Shown: positions 37,741 through 47,145 of the stretch, one piece after another
Layout: every line of letters starts with the position of its first letter
How positions within the stretch are numbered: position 1 is the first letter of the stretch
From: Candidatus Latescibacterota bacterium
Lineage (GTDB): Bacteria; Latescibacterota; UBA2968; GCA-2709665
Assembly (NCBI GenBank): GCA_965219995.1
Contig: CBDCOX010000002.1
Coordinates: 1,024,001 to 1,088,000 of the forward strand
Length of the DNA stretch: 64,000 nucleotides
Direction of reading: 5' to 3'
Notes under the pieces: model-generated
Database searches by the model: none
What the model was told of the DNA's origin: nothing
Seen by the model: only the letters and a program-made list of their open reading frames with translations
Made by a program: the position numbers and the translations under genes

Positions 37741-37820
37741 CGCTAACCGCTAAGCCCGGAGGTGTCTTCTACCGTCTAACGTCTTACGTCTCACCGCCTC
37801 TGGCTGATTGCTGACGGCTG
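37741..37820. repeat. Degenerate 7-bp tandem repeats
   Basis: CGCTAAC-CGCTAA; CGTCTAA-CGTCTTA-CGTCTCA; GCTGATT-GCTGACG-GCTG. Confidence 0.55.
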
Positions 37821-37845
37821 CTTTTTTATTGCTGTCTCTTTCCCC

Positions 37846-38631
37846 TCAACCCCGCGCCAGATCCCGATACGCCCGGAAGAGATCCGCGTAATACGCCGTG
37901 AACATCCATAGATCGCCCACACCCCGATCGGCGCTGCGTTCCGCTTCGGCCGACATATATCCGTCGTATCCTCGTTCGTGTAGCAGCCGGAACAGCTCTC
38001 TGTACGGATATCCCTGTCCGGCCAGGTCGTGCATGTGCACGTGGTCCAGCCATGGCCAGACCGTATCCAGCGCCTGCTTGACCGACCCGTCGACCACGTC
38101 TTCCGACACCGAGTTCCAGATCAGGCCGAAATTCTCATGGTCCACCTTCCCGGCTACCGCGCTGCAGGACTGCCAGTCGAATTCGCCGTGCAGTTCCAGG
38201 CAGGGTTTGATTCCTCTAGCGGAGCCGTACGCGCATAGCTCCTGGAGCGCATCGGCCACCTGGGCGATCGTCTTCTCTTTCGGCACTTCTTTGGGGAAAT
38301 TGTTCCCGAAGACCCTCACCCTGGGCGCCCCCAGGTCCGCTGCCAGATCCATCCGCACCCTGGTCTGTTCGATCTGGTCCCGCAAGTCGGACGCGTCGAC
38401 ATCGTGATACCGGTTTCCCGTGGCAATGCTGATGATTTCGATCCCGGCCGCCCCGCAATCGGCAACCACCCGCCTGCGTTCGGCGTCGTCAATCGACGCC
38501 TCCACCCCGTGTCCGTGCCCCAGGTCCGTCCGGAATTCAACCCCCTCGACTCCATGGTCACTCAGCGTCTGCAGCAAGTCCTGTCGCGAAAGTTCCTTCA
38601 GAACGCCATAGGTCATCCAGGATAGTTTCAT
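37846..38631 (-). CDS. Sugar phosphate isomerase/epimerase (TIM barrel)
   Basis: GVEFR, LGAPRVRVFG, CLELHG, HVHMHD, GYDGYMSAE. Confidence 0.85.
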   Translation of the reverse strand: MKLSWMTYGVLKELSRQDLLQTLSDHGVEGVEFRTDLGHGHGVEASIDDAERRRVVADCGAAGIEIISIATGNRYHDVDASDLRDQIEQTRVRMDLAADLGAPRVRVFGNNFPKEVPKEKTIAQVADALQELCAYGSARGIKPCLELHGEFDWQSCSAVAGKVDHENFGLIWNSVSEDVVDGSVKQALDTVWPWLDHVHMHDLAGQGYPYRELFRLLHERGYDGYMSAEAERSADRGVGDLWMFTAYYADLFRAYRDLARG

Positions 38632-38694
38632 TTACGACTCTCCTCTGACAAGCTGTCTTAAGGGTGATAAGCCGACGGTCGTCCCCGGCTTGCA

Positions 38695-39420
38695 TCAGAC
38701 CACAGGTTCCTTGCCGATCCTTGCAAAGCCCTCCGCGTACCGGCAGTCGTTCATGCCGGCCATATGCTGCGCCTCGATGGCGCGGTACCGGTTCAGAACC
38801 GTATAGACTTCCGGCAAGGGCGGCTGAGCGGCAAGTTTCTTTAAGGCTTCGATCTTTTGTTCGAAAACCGATGAAATATCCACGTAAAGATCGGGGACGA
38901 ATCCGGAAACCGGCGACGTCCCCATCGTGGTTTCATAACAGACGACAAGCGGTCGCCCACATGGGGCATCGGCGGTATTGATTCCCCCCGCATTGCAATA
39001 CGAACACGCCCACAACACGGCCTGCGTGGTCTCCACGTGGTCGGGATGCATCACATCGTTGATCCAGTGACTCAGAACGAGGTCCGGTCTGAACCGCCGA
39101 ACCGCTTCCAGCAACTCCAGCCGGCGTTCGGGGCCGACCACCAGCGGACTGTCGCCGAAGTCGAAACAGTCGATGCTTGCGCCAAGGATCTCCGCGGCGG
39201 CCTCGAACTCCGCCCTGCGCTTTTCCTTGACGTCCTCCAGCGTCCGGTTCGGGTCCTCCGCCCACAATGCCGGCGATTCACAGCGTTCTCCGAAGGTCAG
39301 ATTATGTACGTGTACCGTGCCGCCGGCCTCGACGAAACGGATAATCGCACCCCCGGCGCGCGAGCAGAAATCCGCTGCGTGAGCGCTGAAGACCAGAACC
39401 CGCATGCCCTCCCGGATCAT
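38695..39420 (-). CDS. PIG-L/LmbE family protein, GalB (4-oxalomesaconate hydratase)-like
   Basis: SAHAADFCSRAGGAI, LTFGERCESPALW, HPDH, YVDISSVFEQK, YAEGF. Confidence 0.8.
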   Translation of the reverse strand: MIREGMRVLVFSAHAADFCSRAGGAIIRFVEAGGTVHVHNLTFGERCESPALWAEDPNRTLEDVKEKRRAEFEAAAEILGASIDCFDFGDSPLVVGPERRLELLEAVRRFRPDLVLSHWINDVMHPDHVETTQAVLWACSYCNAGGINTADAPCGRPLVVCYETTMGTSPVSGFVPDLYVDISSVFEQKIEALKKLAAQPPLPEVYTVLNRYRAIEAQHMAGMNDCRYAEGFARIGKEPVV

Positions 39421-39468
39421 TCCGTTCTCCCTGACCTGGTGCAGGTTTCGCTGCAGTTTGCACGTCTG

Positions 39469-40221
39469 CTACGAATTCTGACCGTATTCGGGCAGCGTCC
39501 CGTCGTCTTCCGGTGTATACCCGAGCATTTCGCGGGCGTTGGTCAGGTCCCATTTCTTCTCACAGCCGGCCGACACCCCGTAGAAGATGCCGAACGGCAC
39601 ATGACTCGATTCGATGGACCTCCGGACCAGTTGCGCGAGATCCCTCGGACTCAGCCAGCGGGAACGCCCCGGCTCATACCGCTGTCCAGGCACGTCCTCG
39701 CCATTGAAATTCGCCACCCGAAGGCAGATCACACGGACTCCGTGCCGGTCCGAATAGAACCTGCCGAGAGCTTCGCCGAAGGCCTTTCCCGCCCCGTAAA
39801 CGCCATCCGGCCGGACCGGGCTTTCCGGGGTCGAAACAAGCCCTTCTCTCTCGTATAGACCTGTGACGTGATTGGTACTCGCAAAGATGACCACGGGCAC
39901 TTCATTTATTCGCGCAGCCTCGAGAATATTGTACACGCCCGGGATATCGACATCCAGGGTTGCCTTCGCGACGTCCTCCGGCGTCATCCCACCCCATCTC
40001 CGGATGGCCAGGTGCACAATGGCGTCTACGCCGGCCGCGGCTTCGACCATCGCCGCACTGTCCGCCACACTGCCGACAACCACCTGGTCGTCCGGGTGCA
40101 CGTCATCGGGCACGTTCGAGTGCAGCAGCAGACGGAAACGGTATGGCTCCCGCAGGCGGTTCCGGATAGACGTCCCCAGCGACCCGGCCGCGCCGGTCAG
40201 GAATATCCGCTTCATCCGCAT
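39469..40221 (-). CDS. NAD-dependent epimerase/dehydratase family, uronate dehydrogenase-like
   Basis: LTGAAGSLG, FASTNHVTG, PVRPDGVYGAGKAFGEALGRFY, WLSPRD, WDLTNAREMLGYTPED. Confidence 0.85.
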   Translation of the reverse strand: MRMKRIFLTGAAGSLGTSIRNRLREPYRFRLLLHSNVPDDVHPDDQVVVGSVADSAAMVEAAAGVDAIVHLAIRRWGGMTPEDVAKATLDVDIPGVYNILEAARINEVPVVIFASTNHVTGLYEREGLVSTPESPVRPDGVYGAGKAFGEALGRFYSDRHGVRVICLRVANFNGEDVPGQRYEPGRSRWLSPRDLAQLVRRSIESSHVPFGIFYGVSAGCEKKWDLTNAREMLGYTPEDDGTLPEYGQNS

Positions 40222-40497
40222 GGCGCGTGCGGACCCTCCGGTTGTGGTTGATCGTAGAACACAAGCTCCAACTTTCGTGCGGCCTGAATGACGGGAATGT
40301 GACAACCGGGTACGGAGATCAGTCGATCGCGAGGGACCGGAAGCGCCGCGAGAAAGACCGACACTGTACGAGTCCTGAAGATAGCGCGTGCTTCCCGAAA
40401 ACGCAATACCGATTCAACCGGGAAGGCCTTGAATAAAGATTCGTTTCTGTATATCTTATCGCAGCTGAAAATCCCCTTCCATCGTTCCGGAGGCAAC

Positions 40498-41262
40498 GTG
40501 ACGCCGATCGACATCCCGTGGCTTCTCGGCATCGTCGGAAAAGCCGGAGAAATCGCCCTGTCCCACTTCGGCAGGACGAAAGGGACGCTCAAGTCCGACA
40601 ATTCCTGGGTAACCCAGGCGGACCTGGACGTGGAGGCCTATCTCAGGAAGGAACTCGCTTCGACGTTTCCGGACGATGCCGTACTCGGCGAAGAGGGCGA
40701 CGATCCGCCGCCGACGTCATCGAACGTGTGGGCGATCGATCCGATCGACGGCACGCGGGCGTTCAACCACGGCCTGCCCGTGTGGGGCGTCTCGATCGGC
40801 CGGTTCGTAAACGGCCGGCCGGCCGCGGGCGCCGTCGTTCTTCCCGTGCTGGGCGACGTTTATTACACCGACGGCGACACCGCTTTCTGCAACGGCACGC
40901 CGCTCACGCCGCCGGCATCCGTCGTGGATGCCAACGCCCTGCTGCTGGTCAGCGAAGCCGCGTTCAAGCATCTCAGGATCGACTATCCGGGCAAAACCCT
41001 CAGTCTGGGATCCGCCGCGGCTCACCTCTGCTACGTTGCGAGAGGGTCCGCCGTAGGCGCGTTCGACCATGCCTCCGTCTGGGACTACGCCGCCGGCGCC
41101 GCCATTCTGAATGTGCTGGGCGTTCGCCTGCGGTACATCTCCGGCAAGACCGTGGACTTCGAGGAATTATTCAGGTTGAAGGATGCGCCTGAACCCACGC
41201 TCGCAGCGCCCGACGCGCACTTCGACCCTCTCCGGAGCGCATTCCAGTCCGCGGAAGGATAG
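40498..41262 (+). CDS. Inositol monophosphatase family protein
   Basis: VTQADL, LGEE, DPIDGT, WDYAAG; GTG start after GGAGG. Confidence 0.9.
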   Translation: MTPIDIPWLLGIVGKAGEIALSHFGRTKGTLKSDNSWVTQADLDVEAYLRKELASTFPDDAVLGEEGDDPPPTSSNVWAIDPIDGTRAFNHGLPVWGVSIGRFVNGRPAAGAVVLPVLGDVYYTDGDTAFCNGTPLTPPASVVDANALLLVSEAAFKHLRIDYPGKTLSLGSAAAHLCYVARGSAVGAFDHASVWDYAAGAAILNVLGVRLRYISGKTVDFEELFRLKDAPEPTLAAPDAHFDPLRSAFQSAEG

Positions 41263-41326
41263 CCGGGAGTTTCCCTTTCGACTCAGAAGCAGGAACCAAT
41301 GTGGATGTACAGGATCGAACGGAAGA

Positions 41327-42085
41327 CTAATCCGATATCCCGTAGATTCTCGCCAGGTTCTCGCCGAAAATCAGCCGTTCGGCACCCGACCCCAACTCCA
41401 GGCGCTGAATAGCCCGCTTCACCTGGATAGGCCGGTATTCCGGAAGGTTGGAACCGAAGACCACCCGCTCCGGCCCCAGCTCCCGTACCGCCGTTCCGAC
41501 TTCCTCCGGCACAGTCTCTTCCGGGTTGTCCGCCCACCGCTTGTGAAAACGCAGGACGGTCGTGCCCATGTACACGTTTTCGTATTTCCGGCACACCGCC
41601 ATCGCGGCGTCGAAATGGTCGGGAAAACCCATGTGATCCAGGATAACCGCGGAGCCTGGAACGCGTTCTGCGATCGCTGCTGCCCGGTCCGCGCTGCAGT
41701 TCTGCACGCCCGTGTGAATCGAAACGACAATGCCGAGCTCCTGTGCGGCGTCCGCGAACGGATAGACCATCGGATCGTCCACTTCGAATTTGTGGATCGC
41801 GCCCATCAGCTTCATACCCTTCGCGCCGCGGGACACGTAGCTCCTGAGCTGCGCAACCCCCTCCGCTCCCAGGTGGGGGTTCATCATCACACAGGGCAGC
41901 AGGTTTGGATGCCCCGCGGTCCGTTCCAGAAGCCCGGCGTTGTCCGGGTCCTCCCTTGCGTCCGGCATCACCACCGCCATGTCGATCCCCGCCTCCGCCT
42001 CGCACTCCAGCAACGCGGCGACGGTCATGGGGCGTCCGTACCAATCTCCCGCCAGGTAGGCTTCGAAATCTGCGGTTACTGCCAT
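41327..42085 (-). CDS. Amidohydrolase_2 family protein
   Basis: GMKL, SIHTG, ILDHMG, NVYM, GPERVVFGSNLP, IFGENLAR. Confidence 0.82.
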   Translation of the reverse strand: MAVTADFEAYLAGDWYGRPMTVAALLECEAEAGIDMAVVMPDAREDPDNAGLLERTAGHPNLLPCVMMNPHLGAEGVAQLRSYVSRGAKGMKLMGAIHKFEVDDPMVYPFADAAQELGIVVSIHTGVQNCSADRAAAIAERVPGSAVILDHMGFPDHFDAAMAVCRKYENVYMGTTVLRFHKRWADNPEETVPEEVGTAVRELGPERVVFGSNLPEYRPIQVKRAIQRLELGSGAERLIFGENLARIYGISD

Positions 42086-42135
42086 GGAATGACCTCCTTA
42101 TGCCGCTTTGGCGTTCCGTCGCCGGAACCCGGCGC

Positions 42136-42942
42136 TCAGCCCAGTTGCAGCGCCCGCCACCGGTCGTACGCGGGGCGCATCCGTTCCGGCAGGAATCCAC
42201 GCACGTTGTCCGCCAGCATCCACTTCACGCGCCCGTCTGTCTCCTGGGGCTCCTCATCGGGATCGTGTTTCTGCCAGCTCCCCGCCAGCGTCAATCTTTC
42301 GGGCGTTGTATTGTAAATCCCCCGATGGACCGCATTGCCATTCCAGAAAATCGACTGACCCGCCTTCAGGTGCATCACTTCCTGCGTTGAAATGTCAGCG
42401 TGCCGATTCTTCAGCAGCCGGTCCCGCTCCTCATCGGTCCGGTACCTTCTGTGGCTGCCCGGCACCAGTTGCAGGCAGGAATCGTCGACCAGCGCCAGGT
42501 GCCACTTCAATGACGCCAACGGCCGGTTGAGGATTTCCATCTCCACCTCGTAGGTCCCGTCCCGCTCGTTCTTTCCGAAATCCCGGTGCCAGCCACCGCT
42601 CCAATCCTCCTCGTCGGGCGAGGTAAAAATGAGCACCCCGCCCAACCGCAATTCGCTGCCCAGCAGCGGCTCCACGTATTGCATCACGTGTTGCGACGAC
42701 AGGTAATCCGCAAAAACCGGTTCGTTGAATTCCGGAGCGAACAGGCCCCTGATCGCCCACGGCTCACCGCCTGGGGTCCGGTGTGTGAAGATGTCCACGT
42801 CACCTGAACGCGCTTTGGCCTTCACGCGGCGCGTCGCATCCAGAAGCGGCGCCATCATATCCGGATCGACCGCATCGTCCACGATAAAGTAACCTTGTGT
42901 CTCGTACTGATCCCTTACCTCCTCCAAATCCATCGTACGCAT
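42136..42942 (-). CDS. Phytanoyl-CoA dioxygenase (PhyH) family protein
   Basis: YETQGYFIV, WHRD, LQLVPGSH, VHRG, ERLTL. Confidence 0.88.
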   Translation of the reverse strand: MRTMDLEEVRDQYETQGYFIVDDAVDPDMMAPLLDATRRVKAKARSGDVDIFTHRTPGGEPWAIRGLFAPEFNEPVFADYLSSQHVMQYVEPLLGSELRLGGVLIFTSPDEEDWSGGWHRDFGKNERDGTYEVEMEILNRPLASLKWHLALVDDSCLQLVPGSHRRYRTDEERDRLLKNRHADISTQEVMHLKAGQSIFWNGNAVHRGIYNTTPERLTLAGSWQKHDPDEEPQETDGRVKWMLADNVRGFLPERMRPAYDRWRALQLG

Positions 42943-43043
42943 CCTCCAATCCTGGTCAAATGAGGTTTACCCCGGGAATTCGTGTCCTGTCCCAAAAATG
43001 CCTCAACCTTCTTCCGCCGATTCATCCCGTCTCGGAGTGGAAA

Positions 43044-46000
43044 TCACCACTCCTTTTTCCAGAAAATCCCGAGTGATTTGCGATCCCGCTCACGTTCGTT
43101 GCCCTCTCGCTGCTGCGCCTCCAGCGTGACTTGCGGCAACAGTTCGTACTCCACCACGACTTCCCTCCCCCTTGCCTCGGAAACGTCCTGTGCATAGCTG
43201 ACAAAGAACCGTGATCCGAAATACTTACCGGCCCGTACCCGGGTTGCCGAGTTTCCCATGCCCAGGTCGATTTCCACGACGTCAAGGTTCAATCGCCGGC
43301 CGATGGAGCGTTTCAGCTGGTTCGCCGCGACGCCGAGTACAAGGACCGCGGCCTGGCCCTCCAGGCGGCTCCCGACGCCGCCTTCCCCGCCCATCAGACC
43401 GGAGACATCGTCGGCCGGCCTTCCGATCAACAGGTACGAGAGGATATCGGATTCGTCCAGGGGCGGCGTCGTATCACTTTCGAGGGAAATATTGGGTTCC
43501 ATCAGCGTCCCGCCTACAACGACGCTGATCACCGCGTTTTCGTTGGAAACCAACCTTATCCTGCGCGTTGCAATGATGTAGAGATCGGGATTGATATCCG
43601 AACTGCCGCGGAAGTTGATCTCTCCGCGGTCGATCGCGAAACCGGTGTTCTGAAACTCGTACCGGCCCTGTCTGCTATCGAGAGATCCGTAGACCCGGAT
43701 TCCCCCGCTGTCCTTCACCAGATCCACGTCTCCCGAAATCTCGACGTTTAATTCCCTGTCCCGGATCCACACGTTGCGGGAGGCCGATACCCGGACGGCG
43801 CAGTTCAGATTTCGAAAGAGCGGCGACGACATCCAGGCGACGTCCGTGGGGTATTCGATGAAATCGGACAGCCTGAGTACGGCGCGGGACAACGCCACCC
43901 TTCCATCCATGCGCCCTGCGTCCAGGGTCCCCTTCAATTGAAGGTCGGCATTGAGTGTGGCTTTCAGCGAAGTCAGATCGATCGCCTCGAACTCATCGGC
44001 TCTTAGTGAAAGGTCATAACGCTCCACGTCGAACTGGTTCAACGTCACTTCGCCCTCTAGCGCGACCCTTGTTTTCTCCCGGCCGGTTTCGAAGCGGTCG
44101 AGGACGATCCTGTTCCCGTCAAAGTTCAGATCCGCTTCTACTTTTTCGAATGTCGTATTCAGGGGCACGATTCGCGCCTTTCCATCACGCAGCTTCAGCC
44201 ATCCGTGACGGAGGAGCCGCTGCGGCGTGCCCTTCACGGTCAGGTCGACCGCCAGAGATCCCTCCGCGTCCTGCACCGCGCGAACAATCCCGGGGAGAAA
44301 ATTCAGATCGACGCCGGCGGATTTCAGCGATACCTCTACGGGACCCCGGGGAAACAGGTCCGCCCACCCGTCTGACGTCAGGTTCAGTGGAAAATGCCCT
44401 TTCGTGGCGGCCTCCCTGCCGGAGGACTGCACCAGTCTCAGATCCACGGTGGCACGTTTGCTCCGATACCCCAGCGTTCCCGAGACTTCCTTCAACCTGA
44501 CACCTGCAATGACAGCATCCCGAAGCGCCAACTCAGTTTTCACGCGGGGATCGTCCAGCCCGCCGAACAGCGCAAATTTCCCGGTAAACATCCCGCTCAA
44601 CTCGCCGGCCATCCCGAGAAGACCCGACCATATCTTCAGGTCCACGTCGCTGAGGGTCACGACGATGCCCTCTGCCTGCCCGCTGTGTCCGTGCGCCAGA
44701 ATGGCGCCACCGTCCCCCACCAGCCGGAAATGCTCCACATCGACGCCGTCTTCGAGCCGATACGTCACTCTTGAGAGGCCATCGCTGGACATGGACACGC
44801 CGCCCACCCCGACAGACAGGGAGTCCAGTTCGAGGACATATACGTCGTCAGCCCACCCGGCCCGGCCCCTGGCGTGCAGTTGATCGATTTGGTCCGGACG
44901 GCTGCCCAGAGCGAAGGATATCCCGTCCTGAGTGAGTCCCAGGTCCAAAGCCAGGTCGTGGACCGTGCGCCCACCCCACACAAGGGAATCCGCGCGGACC
45001 GCCAGCGCTCCCTGCGACAGTTGCGACCCCGTCATCCCGAGTTTGACCCCCTGGATCGGGATACCCCTGAAATTCAAGCTGTCTGCCAGCAGATCCACCA
45101 CGGCGAAGGGTTTCATCCACGCGCCGCGAATGCGCGCCGCAAATGTAGCCGGCGTCCCCGTCAATTCCGTCCCCACGACGTCGTCAAGCATTCTGAAATC
45201 GCCGACCCGCCCCCTTGCCCGGAGGTCCAGGCTGTCGCCCGGTGCGATCCAACCGGCGCCTTCCACGTGCGCCCGCGTACCTGCCAGGAACAACCGATCC
45301 ACGATCGTCCGGCGACCCTGCTGTATCAGGCTCGCTCGTGCGCTATCCAGTTTCCCTCCGAGAAACCGCGACGCTTCCACGATCACGTCCGCGTTGGCCT
45401 GTGCCGAATCCGGGTGAAATCCCCGTCCGCCGAGTCCAATCTGCAGTGACACGTCTTCCAGGAGATCAGGGCGCCGAAGAAACCGACCCATCGCCAGACC
45501 GTCCACCCGCACGCCCGCACGGTAGGAGGGCTGACGTCCGCCGGGGTTCCGGAATTGCCCCAGATCGACCCTGGCGTGTCCCCTGACCACGCCGTACCCG
45601 TCCGACAGGCGCACGCCTATCGTGTCGAGAATCACGATACCCCGCCGTAACGATCCGCGAAGAGAGAGTCCTGTTGCTCGAGGCAAACCCTCGATATTCA
45701 AGACGTCGATATTGGCTTCACCCCGCCAGATTTCATCGCCCGTCCGCCTCAGACGGACCTCACCCGTGAGGTCGGTGACCCTCGGAAGATGCCGCGACAG
45801 CGCGGTCAGGTCCACGCGCTCCAGGCGTGTTCTCAATTCATAGTCCGGCGCCGCCCCAATCCGGTTTACCAGCAGTCTGGCCGTCAGCCCCCCTGCCTCC
45901 CCCTCGGCCTTCACGTCCATCAGGAGTCTTCCGTTGCCCAATGACGTGACGAAGTTCGCCGTATCGACGACCGTGCCGGAAATTTGCGCGCGGGCGATGC

Positions 46001-47075
46001 CCCCGCTGACGGTCAAGTCCGCAGTCACCGGATCCAGGCCGCGTCCCGTGAGGTGAACGGTCGCGTCAAAACGGGCGTCCATGCCCAACTGCCGGGCGAC
46101 CCGCATCAGATCGATCTCCGTCGCGGTCGCACGGACATCATATGCGACGTCCGCCCGCGAGAAGTCTATATGACCGGCAATGACGCAGGCGGCTGACCCG
46201 TCGTCGAGGTTCAGGTCCACGTTCGCACGGGTCGCGTCGCCCCACACCCTGCCGCCTGCCGCAAGACTTCCCGTTGGATAGGTACCGGGAAGAATGCGGC
46301 TGATCTCACCATACGCAAGAGAATCCGCACGCAGCACGAAGTCGTAATCGGGACGGGAAAGGCCGGTCATCGTTCCGTCGATACGGACGTGGGAACCCGG
46401 CGTCTGCAGCCGGATCCCGTCGAGCGTCAGCCTTCCATCGGCGAGCAGGGTCAGTCCGGACAGATCTCTGATGACGAGAGGAGGATCGAAGAGAAGGGAT
46501 CGGAAACGGCGCAGCGCCAACTCGTACCCCCCGCGACCGGCCCGAAGTCCCAAGACCAGATTCAGGCTGTCGACCCTGCCGGAGGCAGCCGCGTCGATCC
46601 GGCCGTCCACGACCTCCGCGTGGCGGATGCGGATCTGCCGTGCCGGACCCTCTTTCCACCAACCCGGGTCCGTCGCCGGTAACAGACCGACCGCGGAATC
46701 GGCGACGGCCGAGTTTTCCGGGAGACGGACCTTCGGGGCGACCAGCACGAGTGTATCGACGGTTGCGGTACCCCTCAGCAGCGTCGTCGGCCGGTACCGG
46801 GCCTTCACCGCGTCCACGACCAGTAGCGGGGCCGACTGTGCGCCGATCCGCACCCTTTCCATCCGGAAGTTCGTCAAGGGATTGCCGTGAATCCCGCCGA
46901 TATCGAAGGGCACGCCGAGGTCCCTGCTGAGCCGTTCCTGCAAATAGGTACGCAGATACGGGTTCGCGCGTCCGGATGCCAGCACCACGAGACCGAGTAC
47001 GACGACGGCGACCATGGCGGCCGCGACAGGAACGGTTATTTTCACGATACGTCTCAATGGATCCCCGTCTGGCAA
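43044..47075 (-). CDS. tamB: Translocation/assembly module TamB
   Basis: N-terminal anchor, long beta-taco repeats, C-terminal DUF490-like ILSYLLIGRP...GKYFGSRFFVSY; downstream of Omp85 gene; start uncertain. Confidence 0.88.
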   Translation of the reverse strand: MPDGDPLRRIVKITVPVAAAMVAVVVLGLVVLASGRANPYLRTYLQERLSRDLGVPFDIGGIHGNPLTNFRMERVRIGAQSAPLLVVDAVKARYRPTTLLRGTATVDTLVLVAPKVRLPENSAVADSAVGLLPATDPGWWKEGPARQIRIRHAEVVDGRIDAAASGRVDSLNLVLGLRAGRGGYELALRRFRSLLFDPPLVIRDLSGLTLLADGRLTLDGIRLQTPGSHVRIDGTMTGLSRPDYDFVLRADSLAYGEISRILPGTYPTGSLAAGGRVWGDATRANVDLNLDDGSAACVIAGHIDFSRADVAYDVRATATEIDLMRVARQLGMDARFDATVHLTGRGLDPVTADLTVSGGIARAQISGTVVDTANFVTSLGNGRLLMDVKAEGEAGGLTARLLVNRIGAAPDYELRTRLERVDLTALSRHLPRVTDLTGEVRLRRTGDEIWRGEANIDVLNIEGLPRATGLSLRGSLRRGIVILDTIGVRLSDGYGVVRGHARVDLGQFRNPGGRQPSYRAGVRVDGLAMGRFLRRPDLLEDVSLQIGLGGRGFHPDSAQANADVIVEASRFLGGKLDSARASLIQQGRRTIVDRLFLAGTRAHVEGAGWIAPGDSLDLRARGRVGDFRMLDDVVGTELTGTPATFAARIRGAWMKPFAVVDLLADSLNFRGIPIQGVKLGMTGSQLSQGALAVRADSLVWGGRTVHDLALDLGLTQDGISFALGSRPDQIDQLHARGRAGWADDVYVLELDSLSVGVGGVSMSSDGLSRVTYRLEDGVDVEHFRLVGDGGAILAHGHSGQAEGIVVTLSDVDLKIWSGLLGMAGELSGMFTGKFALFGGLDDPRVKTELALRDAVIAGVRLKEVSGTLGYRSKRATVDLRLVQSSGREAATKGHFPLNLTSDGWADLFPRGPVEVSLKSAGVDLNFLPGIVRAVQDAEGSLAVDLTVKGTPQRLLRHGWLKLRDGKARIVPLNTTFEKVEADLNFDGNRIVLDRFETGREKTRVALEGEVTLNQFDVERYDLSLRADEFEAIDLTSLKATLNADLQLKGTLDAGRMDGRVALSRAVLRLSDFIEYPTDVAWMSSPLFRNLNCAVRVSASRNVWIRDRELNVEISGDVDLVKDSGGIRVYGSLDSRQGRYEFQNTGFAIDRGEINFRGSSDINPDLYIIATRRIRLVSNENAVISVVVGGTLMEPNISLESDTTPPLDESDILSYLLIGRPADDVSGLMGGEGGVGSRLEGQAAVLVLGVAANQLKRSIGRRLNLDVVEIDLGMGNSATRVRAGKYFGSRFFVSYAQDVSEARGREVVVEYELLPQVTLEAQQREGNERERDRKSLGIFWKKEW

Positions 47076-47145
47076 GTCGAATCAGCGAATTTTCCGAATT
47101 CCGTGACGTGTACGTCCGGTTTCCGTACCGGCCGTCCGCGAACGT

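Noticed and set aside
35183-37820. CRISPR array or integron attC sites among the palindromes
   Set aside because: No regularly spaced identical repeats with spacers, no cas or integrase gene, no clear RYYYAAC/GTTRRRY boundaries
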